This document shows positions 39,075 to 48,152 of a stretch of 64,000 bases of DNA, in pieces. Numbering within the stretch: the stretch's first letter is position 1; the number at the start of each line of letters is the position of its first letter. The stretch spans positions 309-64,308 of the forward strand of contig CAZRVT010000009.1 in the NCBI GenBank assembly GCA_964603505.1. Direction: 5' to 3'. The DNA is from an uncultured Holophagales bacterium (GTDB taxonomy: Bacteria > Acidobacteriota > Thermoanaerobaculia > UBA2201). A program made the translations under genes and the position numbers. The notes below the pieces were generated by a model. That model did no database searches, was not told the DNA's origin, and saw only the letters and a list, made by a program, of their open reading frames with translations.

Positions 39075-39585
39075 CGGGGGGACCCCGCAACGTTCAGCGC
39101 GGAACTGGGAATTGCCTTGGAGGGGCGGCGGGATCGCCGCCGTCGGCCTGCTCCCGGCAAGACGAGTTTCCGAAGCCTCAAGTCCGAACGGCCTCGACCC
39201 CCGCCGGGGTCAGATGATTTTTTTCTCGTCCAACGGATGGATGAGATGGTGCACGCTCCGCACCGCCTCGCGGTTGACCCAGACGCGGATGTTGTTGGTG
39301 ACGGGGTCGGCGGGGACCACATAGAAGCCGACGGCCTGGGGGAGACGGGCGACGTCGTTGACGAACCCCTCCATCATCTCCCCGTCCTTGAAGACGACCC
39401 GCACCTTCTGCCCGGAGCTGAGGGTGAAGGTCTGCCGGCCGGCCTGGGCCTTCACCCCCGTCCCCTCGAACGACTTCACGTAAAAGGCGCCCTTGACCTT
39501 CTTCAGGTCCACCCAGTGGATCTTCTCCTCCAGGTCCTTGAACTCCAGGACGGTCTCCCCGGGGGCGATGACGGAGCCGAACCCC
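39075..39585. repeat. Direct repeat copy 1 (511 bp, identical to 40498..41008)
   Basis: A base-for-base identical sequence appears twice. The six-frame track shows identical peptides from both copies (e.g. GGGTPQRSARNWELPWRGGGIAAVGLLPARR... and MWSPPTPSPTTSASGSTARRCGACTISS...). Confidence 0.95.
39196..39224 (+). terminator. Possible intrinsic terminator (plus-strand orientation) inside repeat copy 1: GACCCC-cgcc-GGGGTC then agatga TTTTTTT
   Basis: A 6-bp GC stem with a 7-T run 6 nt downstream. It could terminate the kinase transcript. The identical element in copy 2 (40619..40647) follows hepT. Confidence 0.4.
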
Positions 39586-39590
39586 CGCAA
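39210..39590 (-). pseudogene. 5'-truncated copy of the tandem Sm-like-motif small protein (lacks the first ~16 codons; TTG is the only available start)
   Basis: Residues 2-126 are identical to residues 17-141 of the 40633..41058 product. The repeat boundary falls inside the coding sequence. The frame is open upstream to a TAA with no ATG. Confidence 0.5.
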
Positions 39591-39600
39591 CGATGGTTCC

Positions 39601-39629
39601 TTGTAAATGGACGGAATCTTTGGGATAAT
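39601..39629 (+). promoter_or_regulatory. Sigma-70-like promoter TTGTAA-17 nt-GATAAT ending 6 nt before the MNT GTG start (leaderless transcript)
   Basis: Hexamers with a 17-nt spacer. A start codon directly at the expected +1 is typical of toxin-antitoxin operons. Confidence 0.5.
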
Positions 39630-39635
39630 GGAATC

Positions 39636-40052
39636 GTGCAGAGCGATCAGGAGCGTATCGTCCAGACGGTTTTAGCGCTCCACCCACGAGCGGAGGCCGT
39701 CTATCTCTTCGGGTCCTTCGGGACCGAGGGAGAGTTGCCGGGCAGCGACGCCGACATCGCCATCCTACTTCCTGCCGGAGAGGCCGCGGCTGGCGGTGCT
39801 CTGGGGTTGATCGAGACGCGGTTCGCCCTGGAGAAGGTCTTGGGAAGGGGGGTGGACCTGCTGAATCTGCGGTGCGTGCCCACCGTCCTCCAGAAGGAAG
39901 TGATTCTGGCGGAGAGGCGTATCTACTGCGGGGATCCCTTCGCCGCCGACACTTTTGAAATGCTTGTGCTCTCCCTTTATCAGAAGTTGAACGAGGAACG
40001 GCGGGGCATCCTGGAAGAGGGGTTGAGAAGCGGGAGGTTCTTCGCCGGATGA
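39636..40052 (+). CDS. mntA: MNT-type nucleotidyltransferase antitoxin of a HepT/MNT toxin-antitoxin pair
   Basis: LFGSFGTEGELPGSDADIAIL (GSx9-13DxD nucleotidyltransferase motif). Start set at the GTG giving MQSDQERIVQTV. ATGA overlap with hepT. Confidence 0.8.
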   Translation: MQSDQERIVQTVLALHPRAEAVYLFGSFGTEGELPGSDADIAILLPAGEAAAGGALGLIETRFALEKVLGRGVDLLNLRCVPTVLQKEVILAERRIYCGDPFAADTFEMLVLSLYQKLNEERRGILEEGLRSGRFFAG

Positions 40053-40468
40053 ACGACGTCCTGATCAATAAAAGGGAAAGCATCGAGCGGTGCATTCGCC
40101 AGGCCCGGGAATACTACCGGCGGGAAAGCGGGGTCCCGTTCAGCGAGGATTTTCTGAAACAGGATGCCATCGCCATCAATATCCAGCGGGCATGCGAACA
40201 GGCCATTGACCTTGCCAATCATCTCATCCGAACGCACAAACTCGGGCTTCCCAAGGAGAGCCGGGAAAGCTTTATCATCCTGGCGCGCTTCGGACTCATT
40301 CCCGCGGACCTGTCGGAACGGCTGCAACGGATGGTGGGCTTCCGGAACATTTTGATTCATCAGTACCAGGTCCTGGATCTGGGCATCCTCGTGGATATCG
40401 TCCAAAACCGCCTGCAGGACCTTCTGGATTTTGCCGACCGAGTTTGCACGGAAGCCGGGATCGAGTAG
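40049..40468 (+). CDS. hepT: HepT (DUF86) RNase toxin
   Basis: RNILIHQY (Rx4HxY catalytic motif) and the ~139-aa size typical of HepT. Confidence 0.8.
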   Translation: MNDVLINKRESIERCIRQAREYYRRESGVPFSEDFLKQDAIAINIQRACEQAIDLANHLIRTHKLGLPKESRESFIILARFGLIPADLSERLQRMVGFRNILIHQYQVLDLGILVDIVQNRLQDLLDFADRVCTEAGIE

Positions 40469-40497
40469 GTTTCCCGAGTTCTTGGATTGTTCCCAGG

Positions 40498-41008
40498 CGG
40501 GGGGACCCCGCAACGTTCAGCGCGGAACTGGGAATTGCCTTGGAGGGGCGGCGGGATCGCCGCCGTCGGCCTGCTCCCGGCAAGACGAGTTTCCGAAGCC
40601 TCAAGTCCGAACGGCCTCGACCCCCGCCGGGGTCAGATGATTTTTTTCTCGTCCAACGGATGGATGAGATGGTGCACGCTCCGCACCGCCTCGCGGTTGA
40701 CCCAGACGCGGATGTTGTTGGTGACGGGGTCGGCGGGGACCACATAGAAGCCGACGGCCTGGGGGAGACGGGCGACGTCGTTGACGAACCCCTCCATCAT
40801 CTCCCCGTCCTTGAAGACGACCCGCACCTTCTGCCCGGAGCTGAGGGTGAAGGTCTGCCGGCCGGCCTGGGCCTTCACCCCCGTCCCCTCGAACGACTTC
40901 ACGTAAAAGGCGCCCTTGACCTTCTTCAGGTCCACCCAGTGGATCTTCTCCTCCAGGTCCTTGAACTCCAGGACGGTCTCCCCGGGGGCGATGACGGAGC
41001 CGAACCCC
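40498..41008. repeat. Direct repeat copy 2 (511 bp, identical to 39075..39585)
   Basis: See copy 1. In this copy the repeat ends inside the intact small gene (codon ~17). Confidence 0.95.
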
Positions 41009-41058
41009 TTCATCAACGAGCCGTCCAAGAACTTCAGCACCATGATGCTGTCGAACAT
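40633..41058 (-). CDS. Small protein with two tandem Sm-like strand motifs (paralog B, intact copy)
   Basis: VLKFLDGSLMKGFGSV and VRVVFKDGEMMEGFVNDV, then GFYVVPADPVTNNIRVWVN. Same motif architecture as 8729..9136 ([15 protein letters not shown] / [15 protein letters not shown] / GFFVYP...NNLKVFVV). Confidence 0.6.
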   Translation of the reverse strand: MFDSIMVLKFLDGSLMKGFGSVIAPGETVLEFKDLEEKIHWVDLKKVKGAFYVKSFEGTGVKAQAGRQTFTLSSGQKVRVVFKDGEMMEGFVNDVARLPQAVGFYVVPADPVTNNIRVWVNREAVRSVHHLIHPLDEKKII

Positions 41059-41213
41059 ACGGCCTTATTCTACAACAAATTGCATGCGGAAAGGGCGGAG
41101 CCCCCTTCCGCCCCGGGAAGTGAATTCCCGAAAATCCGCTCTCTCCCCGCGAGGAACCCACCCCGTCCGGCCCGAAGCGCAGGCCGGCCCGATATCCCAA
41201 GGAGGGGGCGGAT

Positions 41214-41646
41214 CTAAGAGATCGGCCGGTCCAGGAGGGGGAGGAACGGGGCCAACAGGGGCTCCACGGCCGCCGGGGGCCGCCCCATGATCGTGACGGT
41301 CACCTGCCGGCCGCCGAAGGAAACGCGGATGGAGGTGGAGTTCCCCCTCATGTCCAGGTCCTTGCTCGTGTAGAGCGGCTTGAAGGCCGCGAAGTCCAGC
41401 GCCCGGACCCGCTCCACGAGGCGCCTGTACGCCTCCTTGTCCAGCGTCCCGGAGGCCGTCCGCACCTGGGGCCGCTTGTCCATCCCTATCGAGGTGAGGG
41501 TGAGGGTGTAGTCGCGCCCGTTCAGTTCCAGGGCGCGCTTGCTCTGAAGGGTGCCGATGACCACCGTGGCCGTCAGGGGCGGCTCCGGGGCCGTAACGCA
41601 GGCGAGGGCAAGGACGCTAACGCAGGCGATCAGCCACGGCTTCCAC
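41214..41646 (-). CDS. Hypothetical lipoprotein
   Basis: GTG start giving VRWKPWLIACVSVLALACVTAPEPP (lipobox LALAC), then a protein-like mature region. 30-nt overlap with the proS end. Confidence 0.5.
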
Positions 41647-43320
41647 CGCACGGGCCACCTCCACGTCGGATTTTTCGCCGCTCCTGCGGTCGGCCAGCTC
41701 CACTTTTCCCTCCTTGACCTTTTTCGACCCGGCGACCACCTGGAGCGGGAAGCCGATAAGCTCGGCATCCTTGAACTTGACGCCGGCCCGCTCTCCGCGG
41801 TCGTCGTAGATGGCCTCGATGCCCCGCTCCATCAGCCCCGCGTACACCGCTTCCGCGGCGGCGCGGACGGCGGCGTCGTCGGGGTTCGTGGCGATGACGT
41901 CCACGAGATAGGGGGCCAGCGGCTTGGGCCACACGATCCCCATGTCGTCGTGGTTCTGCTCGATGGCGGCCGCCACCGTGCGCCCCATCCCCAGGCCGTA
42001 GCAGCCCATAATCATGGGGTGCGCGGCCCCCTTCTCGTCGAGGAAGACGCACTTCATCGGCTCGCTGTACTTGGTGCCCAGCTTGAAAATGTGCCCCACC
42101 TCGATGCCCCGGTACTGGGAGAGGGGCTGGCCGCAGGTGGCGCACGGCTCGCCGTCCCGGGCCAGGCGGAGGTCGGCGAAGGGGGGGAGCTCGAAGTCGC
42201 GCCCCGGATTGACGCCGACGAAGTGGGCGTCGGCGGCGTTGGCCCCGCACACGGCGTTCGCCATCCCGCGGACCGACTCGTCGGCCAGCAGGCGGACGCC
42301 CTTCAGCCCCACGGGCCCCGCGAACCCCTGCGGCGCGCCGGTGAGCTTCTCGATCTTGGCCTCGGAGGCCAGCGCCAGGTGCTGGGCGTCGAGGGCGTTC
42401 TTGAGCTTGACCTCGTTGACCTCCAGGTCGCCGCGGATGAGGACGGCGGCGAATTCGCGATCGGTCTCGTAGAGGAGGGTCTTGAGGATGCGGCGCGGCT
42501 CGACGCCCAGGAACGCGGCCACCTCCTCCACCGTCCGGGCGCCGGGGGTGGCGACGCGCTCCAGCGCCTTGGGCTTTTCGTCGGCGATCGTCGGAACGGC
42601 CGGGACCGACACCGCCTTCTCCGCGTTGGCCCCGTAGCCGCAGCCGGCGCAGCGGAAGACGACATCTTCGCCCGTGGAGGCCAGGACCATGAACTCGTGG
42701 GATTGCGAACCGCCGATGTTGCCGGTGTCGGCCTCCACGAGGGTGTACTGGAGCTGGCACCGCTCGAAGATGCGGCAGTAGGCGCCGTGGATCTTCCAGT
42801 AGACCTCGTCGAGCGACTCCGGGGTGGCGTGAAAGGAGTAAGCGTCCTTCATCGAAAATTCCCGCCCCCGCATGAGACCGAACCGGGGACGGATCTCGTC
42901 GCGGAACTTGGTCTGGATCTGGTAGAGGGTGAAGGGCAACTGCCGGTACGACTTCACGTGGTGGCGGACGATGTCGGTCACCACCTCCTCGTGGGTGGGG
43001 CCGAAGCAGAAGTCGCGGTCGTTGCGGTCCTTGATGCGGAGCAACTCCTTCCCGTATTTCTGCCAGCGGCCCGACTCCATCCAGAGCTCGGCGGGCTGGA
43101 CGGCGGGCATGTGGATCTCGATGCAGCCGATGCGGTCCAACTCCTCCCGCACGATGGCCTCCAGCTTCCGGAGGGACCGCAGCCCCAGGGGGAGCATGGA
43201 ATAGATGCCCGAGGCGGCCTTCTGGATCATGCCGCCCTTGAGCATCAGGCGGTGGGAGACCACCTCCGCGTCGGAGGGGACCTCCTTCAGGGTGGGGATG
43301 AAGCAGCCGGACCAGCGCAT
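41617..43320 (-). CDS. proS: Prolyl-tRNA synthetase (bacterial type with editing domain)
   Basis: Starts MRWSGCFIPTLKEVPSDAEVVSHRLMLKGGMIQK (compare E. coli [34 protein letters not shown]). Class II motifs 2 and 3 are present. AAGGAG lies 9 nt before the second ATG. The rest of the 1150-aa track ORF is an in-frame extension through the upstream gene. Confidence 0.9.
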   Translation of the reverse strand: MRWSGCFIPTLKEVPSDAEVVSHRLMLKGGMIQKAASGIYSMLPLGLRSLRKLEAIVREELDRIGCIEIHMPAVQPAELWMESGRWQKYGKELLRIKDRNDRDFCFGPTHEEVVTDIVRHHVKSYRQLPFTLYQIQTKFRDEIRPRFGLMRGREFSMKDAYSFHATPESLDEVYWKIHGAYCRIFERCQLQYTLVEADTGNIGGSQSHEFMVLASTGEDVVFRCAGCGYGANAEKAVSVPAVPTIADEKPKALERVATPGARTVEEVAAFLGVEPRRILKTLLYETDREFAAVLIRGDLEVNEVKLKNALDAQHLALASEAKIEKLTGAPQGFAGPVGLKGVRLLADESVRGMANAVCGANAADAHFVGVNPGRDFELPPFADLRLARDGEPCATCGQPLSQYRGIEVGHIFKLGTKYSEPMKCVFLDEKGAAHPMIMGCYGLGMGRTVAAAIEQNHDDMGIVWPKPLAPYLVDVIATNPDDAAVRAAAEAVYAGLMERGIEAIYDDRGERAGVKFKDAELIGFPLQVVAGSKKVKEGKVELADRRSGEKSDVEVARAVEAVADRLR

Positions 43321-45149
43321 GGCCATTTTCTCCTTGTCTCGAGTTTTACCGCATGCCACAATCTCCAGGGGATCCCGCCGGGGGCGGGAGGAAGCCGCCG
43401 GGCGCTCCGCCGGGCCTCCCGGGCCTCGGCGAGGCGGCCGAGAGCCCGCTCGGCCCCGGCCAGGGCCTCCAGAAGGGCGGCCGAGGGGTCGGTCCGCGCG
43501 GCCTCCCGCAGGTCCCGGGCCCCCTCCTCGATGCGCCCCAGGGCGCACAGCACGCGGCCGCGGGCTTCCAGGGCCGCCGCGGCGAGCTCCTCCGGGGCGA
43601 AATGAAGGGCGGTGCGGGCCAGGTCGAGGGCCTCTTCGAGGTGTCGCCCCTGCCGAACGAGGGCGCCGGCCCAGGCGGCGCAGGCCAGCGACTTTCCGTA
43701 GGGGGAGCGGATGCGCGCCGCCATCCGCTGGGCCTCCCGCTGGCAGGCAGCGTCCCGCCCCGCCTCGGCCAAAGAGGCCAGGGCGGCGGCCCACGCCGGC
43801 ACCAGCACCACTTCGGGGGCGCCGGTGCGCTCCAGGGCCCGGCTGGCGCGGAGGCAGGTCTCGCGCCGGCCGGTGCGGTGGGCCAGGACCGCCCACCCCA
43901 GGAGGGCCAGGGGGTGGCGGGGGAGGGGACGGGAGGCGGCCGCGTAGGCCTCCCGGGCCTCCTCCAACCGGCCGTCGGCCAGGGCCGCCTCGGCGGCGCG
44001 CAGGGCGTCCGCGGCGGTGGGGGGGACGGGGGCGATGGCGTTCCACCCCTCGGCCAAGGCCAGGGCTTGTTGGTATTTCCAGCGGGCGGGGCCGGTGCGG
44101 GAGAGCTCTTTGAGGACGCGTCGGGCCTTGCCCGGGCGGTCCCGGTCCAGGTAGCAGAGCCCGAGGAGAAACAGGGCCTCGGGGTCCGCCTGCCGCTCCC
44201 CGTAAAGGGCCTCCAGCAGAGGCAAGGCCTCGGGGGAGCGGCCCCGAGCGTAGAGGACCGAGGCAAGGGCGGCCCGCGCCGCGGGCTGGGGCTCGGCCGC
44301 CACCGCCGCCCGCAGCTCCGCCTCGGCCCGGTCGTTGCGCCGGAGCGAGGCGTAGAGGGTGCCGAGGGTGTAGCGCACCAGGAACGGCTGGGGCGCCTCC
44401 CCCTTGACCGACTCCAGAAGGCGGACCGCCTCGCCGGTGTCCCCGCGGAGGGCCTTGAGGAGCCCCAGGAGGAACCGCGCCTCGGGATGCCGCGGCTCCC
44501 GGGCAAGGGCCTTCGCCAGACAGCGGGCGGCCGGGGCCAGCTCGTCCCCCTGCAGATGGAACCCGGCGAGGAAGGTGAGGAGCTCGACGTTGCGTCCGTC
44601 CAGGGCCAGGGCCGCGCTCAAGGCGTCGAGGGCGGCGCCCCGCCCCTGGGCGGTGAGGTGGAAGAGGGCGCTGTCGAGGGCCCGGGTGAACCCCTTCAGG
44701 TCGTGCCCGCGGAAGGCCCCCAGGATGGCGTCGCGCTTTTGCATCAGCTTGTTGCGCTGCTCCATGAGGAAGAACTGGTCGGCCAGCACCTGCTCCCAGC
44801 GGTCGGTCCACTCCTGTTCTTCGAAGAGCCCTTTGTCGCGCAGGAGATCCCGCAGGGCCGCCACGCCGCCCTGCAGAATGGAGATCCCCCGGCCCTGGTT
44901 CTCCAGCTCGGCGACGGTCCGCTCCAGGAGGCGGCGAAGCTCGCGCTCCCGCTCCTCCAGGAGGCGGAGGCGGTCCTCCCACTCGGCTGCGGGGGGGACG
45001 GCCTCGAAGAAGTCCTCGCCGCGGTCGGTTCCCGAGACGATGTAGAGGGGGGCCCCGCAGGCCCGGCACTGGTCCGCCTCCTCGGGGTTGGAGCCCCCGC
45101 AGACCTGGCAGAGGACTTCAGGCCGTGTAAGTGTAGAATCCCTTCCCAC
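43287..45149 (-). CDS. Zinc-ribbon, coiled-coil and TPR-repeat protein
   Basis: CQVCGG...CRACG zinc ribbon at the N-terminus, a coiled-coil (LEERERELRRLLERTVAELEN), then multiple TPR-like Ala/Leu repeats. Start uncertain: a GTG (45149) overlaps the hbd end by ~30 nt, and there is no ATG downstream of the hbd stop until far inside. Confidence 0.6.
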   Translation of the reverse strand: MGRDSTLTRPEVLCQVCGGSNPEEADQCRACGAPLYIVSGTDRGEDFFEAVPPAAEWEDRLRLLEERERELRRLLERTVAELENQGRGISILQGGVAALRDLLRDKGLFEEQEWTDRWEQVLADQFFLMEQRNKLMQKRDAILGAFRGHDLKGFTRALDSALFHLTAQGRGAALDALSAALALDGRNVELLTFLAGFHLQGDELAPAARCLAKALAREPRHPEARFLLGLLKALRGDTGEAVRLLESVKGEAPQPFLVRYTLGTLYASLRRNDRAEAELRAAVAAEPQPAARAALASVLYARGRSPEALPLLEALYGERQADPEALFLLGLCYLDRDRPGKARRVLKELSRTGPARWKYQQALALAEGWNAIAPVPPTAADALRAAEAALADGRLEEAREAYAAASRPLPRHPLALLGWAVLAHRTGRRETCLRASRALERTGAPEVVLVPAWAAALASLAEAGRDAACQREAQRMAARIRSPYGKSLACAAWAGALVRQGRHLEEALDLARTALHFAPEELAAAALEARGRVLCALGRIEEGARDLREAARTDPSAALLEALAGAERALGRLAEAREARRSARRLPPAPGGIPWRLWHAVKLETRRKWPCAGPAASSPP

Positions 45150-45972
45150 TCTTCTTCCCCAAGAAGCCGCCGTCCACCATCTTGACCAGGAGCGGGCACG
45201 GGCGGTACTTGGGGTCCTTGAAGCCGTCGTGGAGGACATTGAGGATGTCGAGGCAGACGTCGAGGCCGATGAGGTCGGCCAGGGCCAGGGGGCCCATGGG
45301 GTGGTTCATCCCCAGCTTCATGACGGAATCGATCGCCTCGGCGGTGCCGACCCCCTCGTAGAGGCAGAAGACGGCCTCGTTGATCATGGGCATGAGCACC
45401 CGGTTGGAGACGAAACCGGGGCTGTCCTGCGCCTCGACGGGGGTCTTTCCCATCTTCTTGCAGGTCTCCATGACCGCCTGGACGGTGGCGGCGTCGGTGG
45501 CGAGGCCGCGGATGACCTCCACGAGCGGCATCAAGGGGACGGGGTTCATGAAGTGCATGCCGATGACCTGGGCGGGGCGCTTCGTCCCGGCGGCCAGGAG
45601 GGTGATGCTGATGGAGGAGGTGTTGGAAGCCAAGACGGCGCCGGGCTTCATCAACCCGTCCAAGGCAGCGAAGAGGGCTTGCTTGGCCTCGCGCTTCTCG
45701 ACGATGGCTTCGACGACGAGGTCGGCGTCCGCGGCGTCGGAGAGCTCCGTCGAGAACGCGATGGAGGCCCGCGCGGCGGCGGCGGCCTCGGGGGTGAGCT
45801 TCCCCTTCTCGGCCCACTTGTCCAGCCCCTTCTGAATGGAGGCCCGGGCCCCCTCGATGGCCTTGGGCAACGAATCGACGGCGGCGACCTTGTACCCTGA
45901 GGCGGCGGCCACTTGGATGATCCCCCGGCCCATGGTCCCGCACCCGACGACGGCGATCTTGGCAACGTCCAT
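45118..45972 (-). CDS. hbd: 3-hydroxybutyryl-CoA / 3-hydroxyacyl-CoA dehydrogenase
   Basis: IAVVGCGTMGRGIIQVAA (NAD-binding motif), NTSS and the full-length Hbd/FadB-C architecture. Confidence 0.9.
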   Translation of the reverse strand: MDVAKIAVVGCGTMGRGIIQVAAASGYKVAAVDSLPKAIEGARASIQKGLDKWAEKGKLTPEAAAAARASIAFSTELSDAADADLVVEAIVEKREAKQALFAALDGLMKPGAVLASNTSSISITLLAAGTKRPAQVIGMHFMNPVPLMPLVEVIRGLATDAATVQAVMETCKKMGKTPVEAQDSPGFVSNRVLMPMINEAVFCLYEGVGTAEAIDSVMKLGMNHPMGPLALADLIGLDVCLDILNVLHDGFKDPKYRPCPLLVKMVDGGFLGKKSGKGFYTYTA

Positions 45973-46102
45973 GCTCTCGCTCCTTAATTAGGTATTCAAG
46001 GGTGGTATCTTTTCACACTTCCCCCCTTTTTGCAAGGGCCGGGAATAGGGGTCGGAGGCGGGGCGATTATCAGGAAGATGCGTATGAAAAGGAGATATGT
46101 CC

Positions 46103-46711
46103 ATGGAGAAATATAGCACCAGGGTGGGGCTCGCCTGGCCGGCCGTGGTCGTCCTCTTGCTGATCGTGGCCTTCGGCGTCTGGTTCTTCTTCCACAGTTT
46201 GGCCGAGATGCGGGAGATGGAGCGCGAGGCCCTGGCGCCCGTCCCGGCGCCGGGCGGGGCCCCGCCCGAGGGGGCCCACCTGATGCCCGGCTCCGAAGCC
46301 GGAGCCGCCTACGCCCTCGCCCTGCGGGACCTGGAGGGAGAGCGCCTCGACATGGCTGCGTTCACGGGCAAGCCGGTCTTCATCACCTTTTGGGCCACCT
46401 GGTGCCGGTTTTGTGTCAGTGAGCTCCCCTCCATTCAGAAGCTGTACGACTCCATGGAAGGGGAGAATGTGGCTTTCCTGATGATCTCCAGCGAGAAGGG
46501 GCGCGAGGTGAAACCCTTCCTGGAGAAGCACGGCTACTCCTTCCCCGTGGCGGTCTTGGACGGGGCCCTTCCGGCTTTGTACCGGACGCAGGGGATCCCG
46601 GCGACTTTCATCCTGGACAAGGAGGGCAACATCGCCCGCAAGCAGGTGGGGGCGGCGGACTGGGACGACGATTCGGTTCGGAAACTGCTGAAAGATCTGG
46701 CAAAATCGTAG
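46103..46711 (+). CDS. TlpA/ResA-like membrane-anchored thiol-disulfide oxidoreductase
   Basis: TM anchor, then the thioredoxin fold with WATWCRFC (CxxC). AAGGAG lies 8 nt before the ATG at 46103. Confidence 0.8.
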   Translation: MEKYSTRVGLAWPAVVVLLLIVAFGVWFFFHSLAEMREMEREALAPVPAPGGAPPEGAHLMPGSEAGAAYALALRDLEGERLDMAAFTGKPVFITFWATWCRFCVSELPSIQKLYDSMEGENVAFLMISSEKGREVKPFLEKHGYSFPVAVLDGALPALYRTQGIPATFILDKEGNIARKQVGAADWDDDSVRKLLKDLAKS

Positions 46712-46720
46712 GGAACAGGA

Positions 46721-46990
46721 CTACGGGACCGACTCTTTCAGACAGTCGGAATACCAGGCGCAGCCGGTCTGGTCGCAGTATCCGGACGTGGCCGTGCCGT
46801 AGCAGTCGAAATTGCCCTCCGCGCGCTGAATGGCCCGGATGAGTTCCTTCTTGGTCTTCCCGAAGGACGGGATGCCCAGGGCCTTGGCGGCGGCCCGGAT
46901 GGTGGCCATTGTCGCGCCGGCGGCCGGGGCGGCTTTTTTCGCGGCGGGGCTCTTCTTCTTGGCGGTGCTCTTCTTGCCGGTGATGGTCAT
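46721..46990 (-). CDS. Small basic protein with a Rho-N/SAP-like helix-hairpin and a C-terminal Cys-rich motif
   Basis: MTITGKKSTAKKKSPAAKKAAPAAG is a Lys-rich tail. MATIRAAAKALGIPSFGKTKKELIRAIQ resembles a Rho_N/SAP motif. FDCYGTATSGYCDQTGCAWYSDC carries 5 Cys. Confidence 0.5.
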   Translation of the reverse strand: MTITGKKSTAKKKSPAAKKAAPAAGATMATIRAAAKALGIPSFGKTKKELIRAIQRAEGNFDCYGTATSGYCDQTGCAWYSDCLKESVP

Positions 46991-47051
46991 GGCGGCCTCC
47001 CGATTTACATTATAGGCAAGGGAAACCCCGGTTGGGGGGCGAATGTGAAAG

Positions 47052-48071
47052 TTAGAGGATGAGCGTGGCATCCCCGTAACTTAAAAAGCGGTAGCCCGCT
47101 GAAATCGCATGATTATACCATGACAGAACCCGCTCCCGGCCCCCAAAGGCGCAGGTGAGGACTAGGGGGGTGGAGCGGGGCTGATGGAAATTGGTCATCA
47201 GGCCGTCCAGGACCCGAAACTCGAACCCGGGAGCGATGAACAGCCCCGTCTCCCCCTCCCCGGCCGTCACGCTCCCATGCTCCAAGGCGGAGGCCTCGAG
47301 GGTGCGCGTGACGGTGGTTCCCACGGCGACGACCCGGCGCCCCTCGCTCTTGGCCCGGTTCACCGCCTCGGCGGTGGCGGTCGGAATGCGGAACCGCTCC
47401 GGATCCATGCGGTGCCCATCCAGGGTTTCCCCCGTGATGGGACGGAAGGTCCCCGTTCCCACATGGAGGGTCAGGCGCGCCACCTCCACCCCCGCCGCCC
47501 CGAGGGCCGAAAGGAGGGAGGGGGTGAAATGGAGGCCGGCGGTGGGGGCGGCCACGGAGCCCTCCTCTCGGGCATAGACGGTCTGGTACCACTCCCGGTC
47601 CTCGGGGCCGTCGGGGCGCCGGATGTAGGGGGGGAGGGGGATCCGTCCCCGGATGTCCAGGTGGGGCCGCGGGTCCTCCGAGAACCGCAGCCGCCGCTCC
47701 CCGCGCCCGCCCGAAGCCCGCACCTCGGCCTCCAGGCCCTCCCCGAAACGGATCCGCGTGCCCGGCCTCAGCTTTCGTCCGGGCCGGGCCAGGGCCAGGT
47801 ATTCGAGCGCATCGAGGCGCAAGGTCAAGAGCACCTCCACCGTCCCTCCGCTCGCCAACGCGCCATGGAGCCGGGCGGGGAAGACGCGGGTGTCGTTGAG
47901 GACCAGGACGGTTCCCGGAGGGAGGTAAGTTGGCAGGTCTGCCACGGTGGCGTCCCGGCACCGGCCGGAGGCGCGCTCGCCAATCAGGAGGCGCGAGGTC
48001 CCCCGGGGAAGGGGCGCCTGGGCGATAGCGCTCTGGGGCAGCGGGTAATCGAAGAGGTCGAGGCGCAACAT
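47052..48071 (-). CDS. queA: S-adenosylmethionine:tRNA ribosyltransferase-isomerase
   Basis: Collinear with E. coli QueA, including PLPPYI, TAGLHF and VGTTxxR(T/S)LE. Confidence 0.9.
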   Translation of the reverse strand: MLRLDLFDYPLPQSAIAQAPLPRGTSRLLIGERASGRCRDATVADLPTYLPPGTVLVLNDTRVFPARLHGALASGGTVEVLLTLRLDALEYLALARPGRKLRPGTRIRFGEGLEAEVRASGGRGERRLRFSEDPRPHLDIRGRIPLPPYIRRPDGPEDREWYQTVYAREEGSVAAPTAGLHFTPSLLSALGAAGVEVARLTLHVGTGTFRPITGETLDGHRMDPERFRIPTATAEAVNRAKSEGRRVVAVGTTVTRTLEASALEHGSVTAGEGETGLFIAPGFEFRVLDGLMTNFHQPRSTPLVLTCAFGGRERVLSWYNHAISAGYRFLSYGDATLIL

Positions 48072-48152
48072 CGTCAACGGGCTACGGACCGCAGGCAACA
48101 GGGGAAAAACGGCTGTATTCTGTTGGCCGGAGCCTGTTGCCTGGTTCTCGCT

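Noticed and set aside
38992-39324. Plus-strand ORFs reading through the direct repeats (38992..39324, 40487..40747, 39117..40052 N-terminal part, 40444..41217)
   Set aside because: They are antisense to the small tandem-Sm-like gene or run across its 3' flank. They are identical between copies only because the DNA is duplicated, and they are R/G/P-rich.
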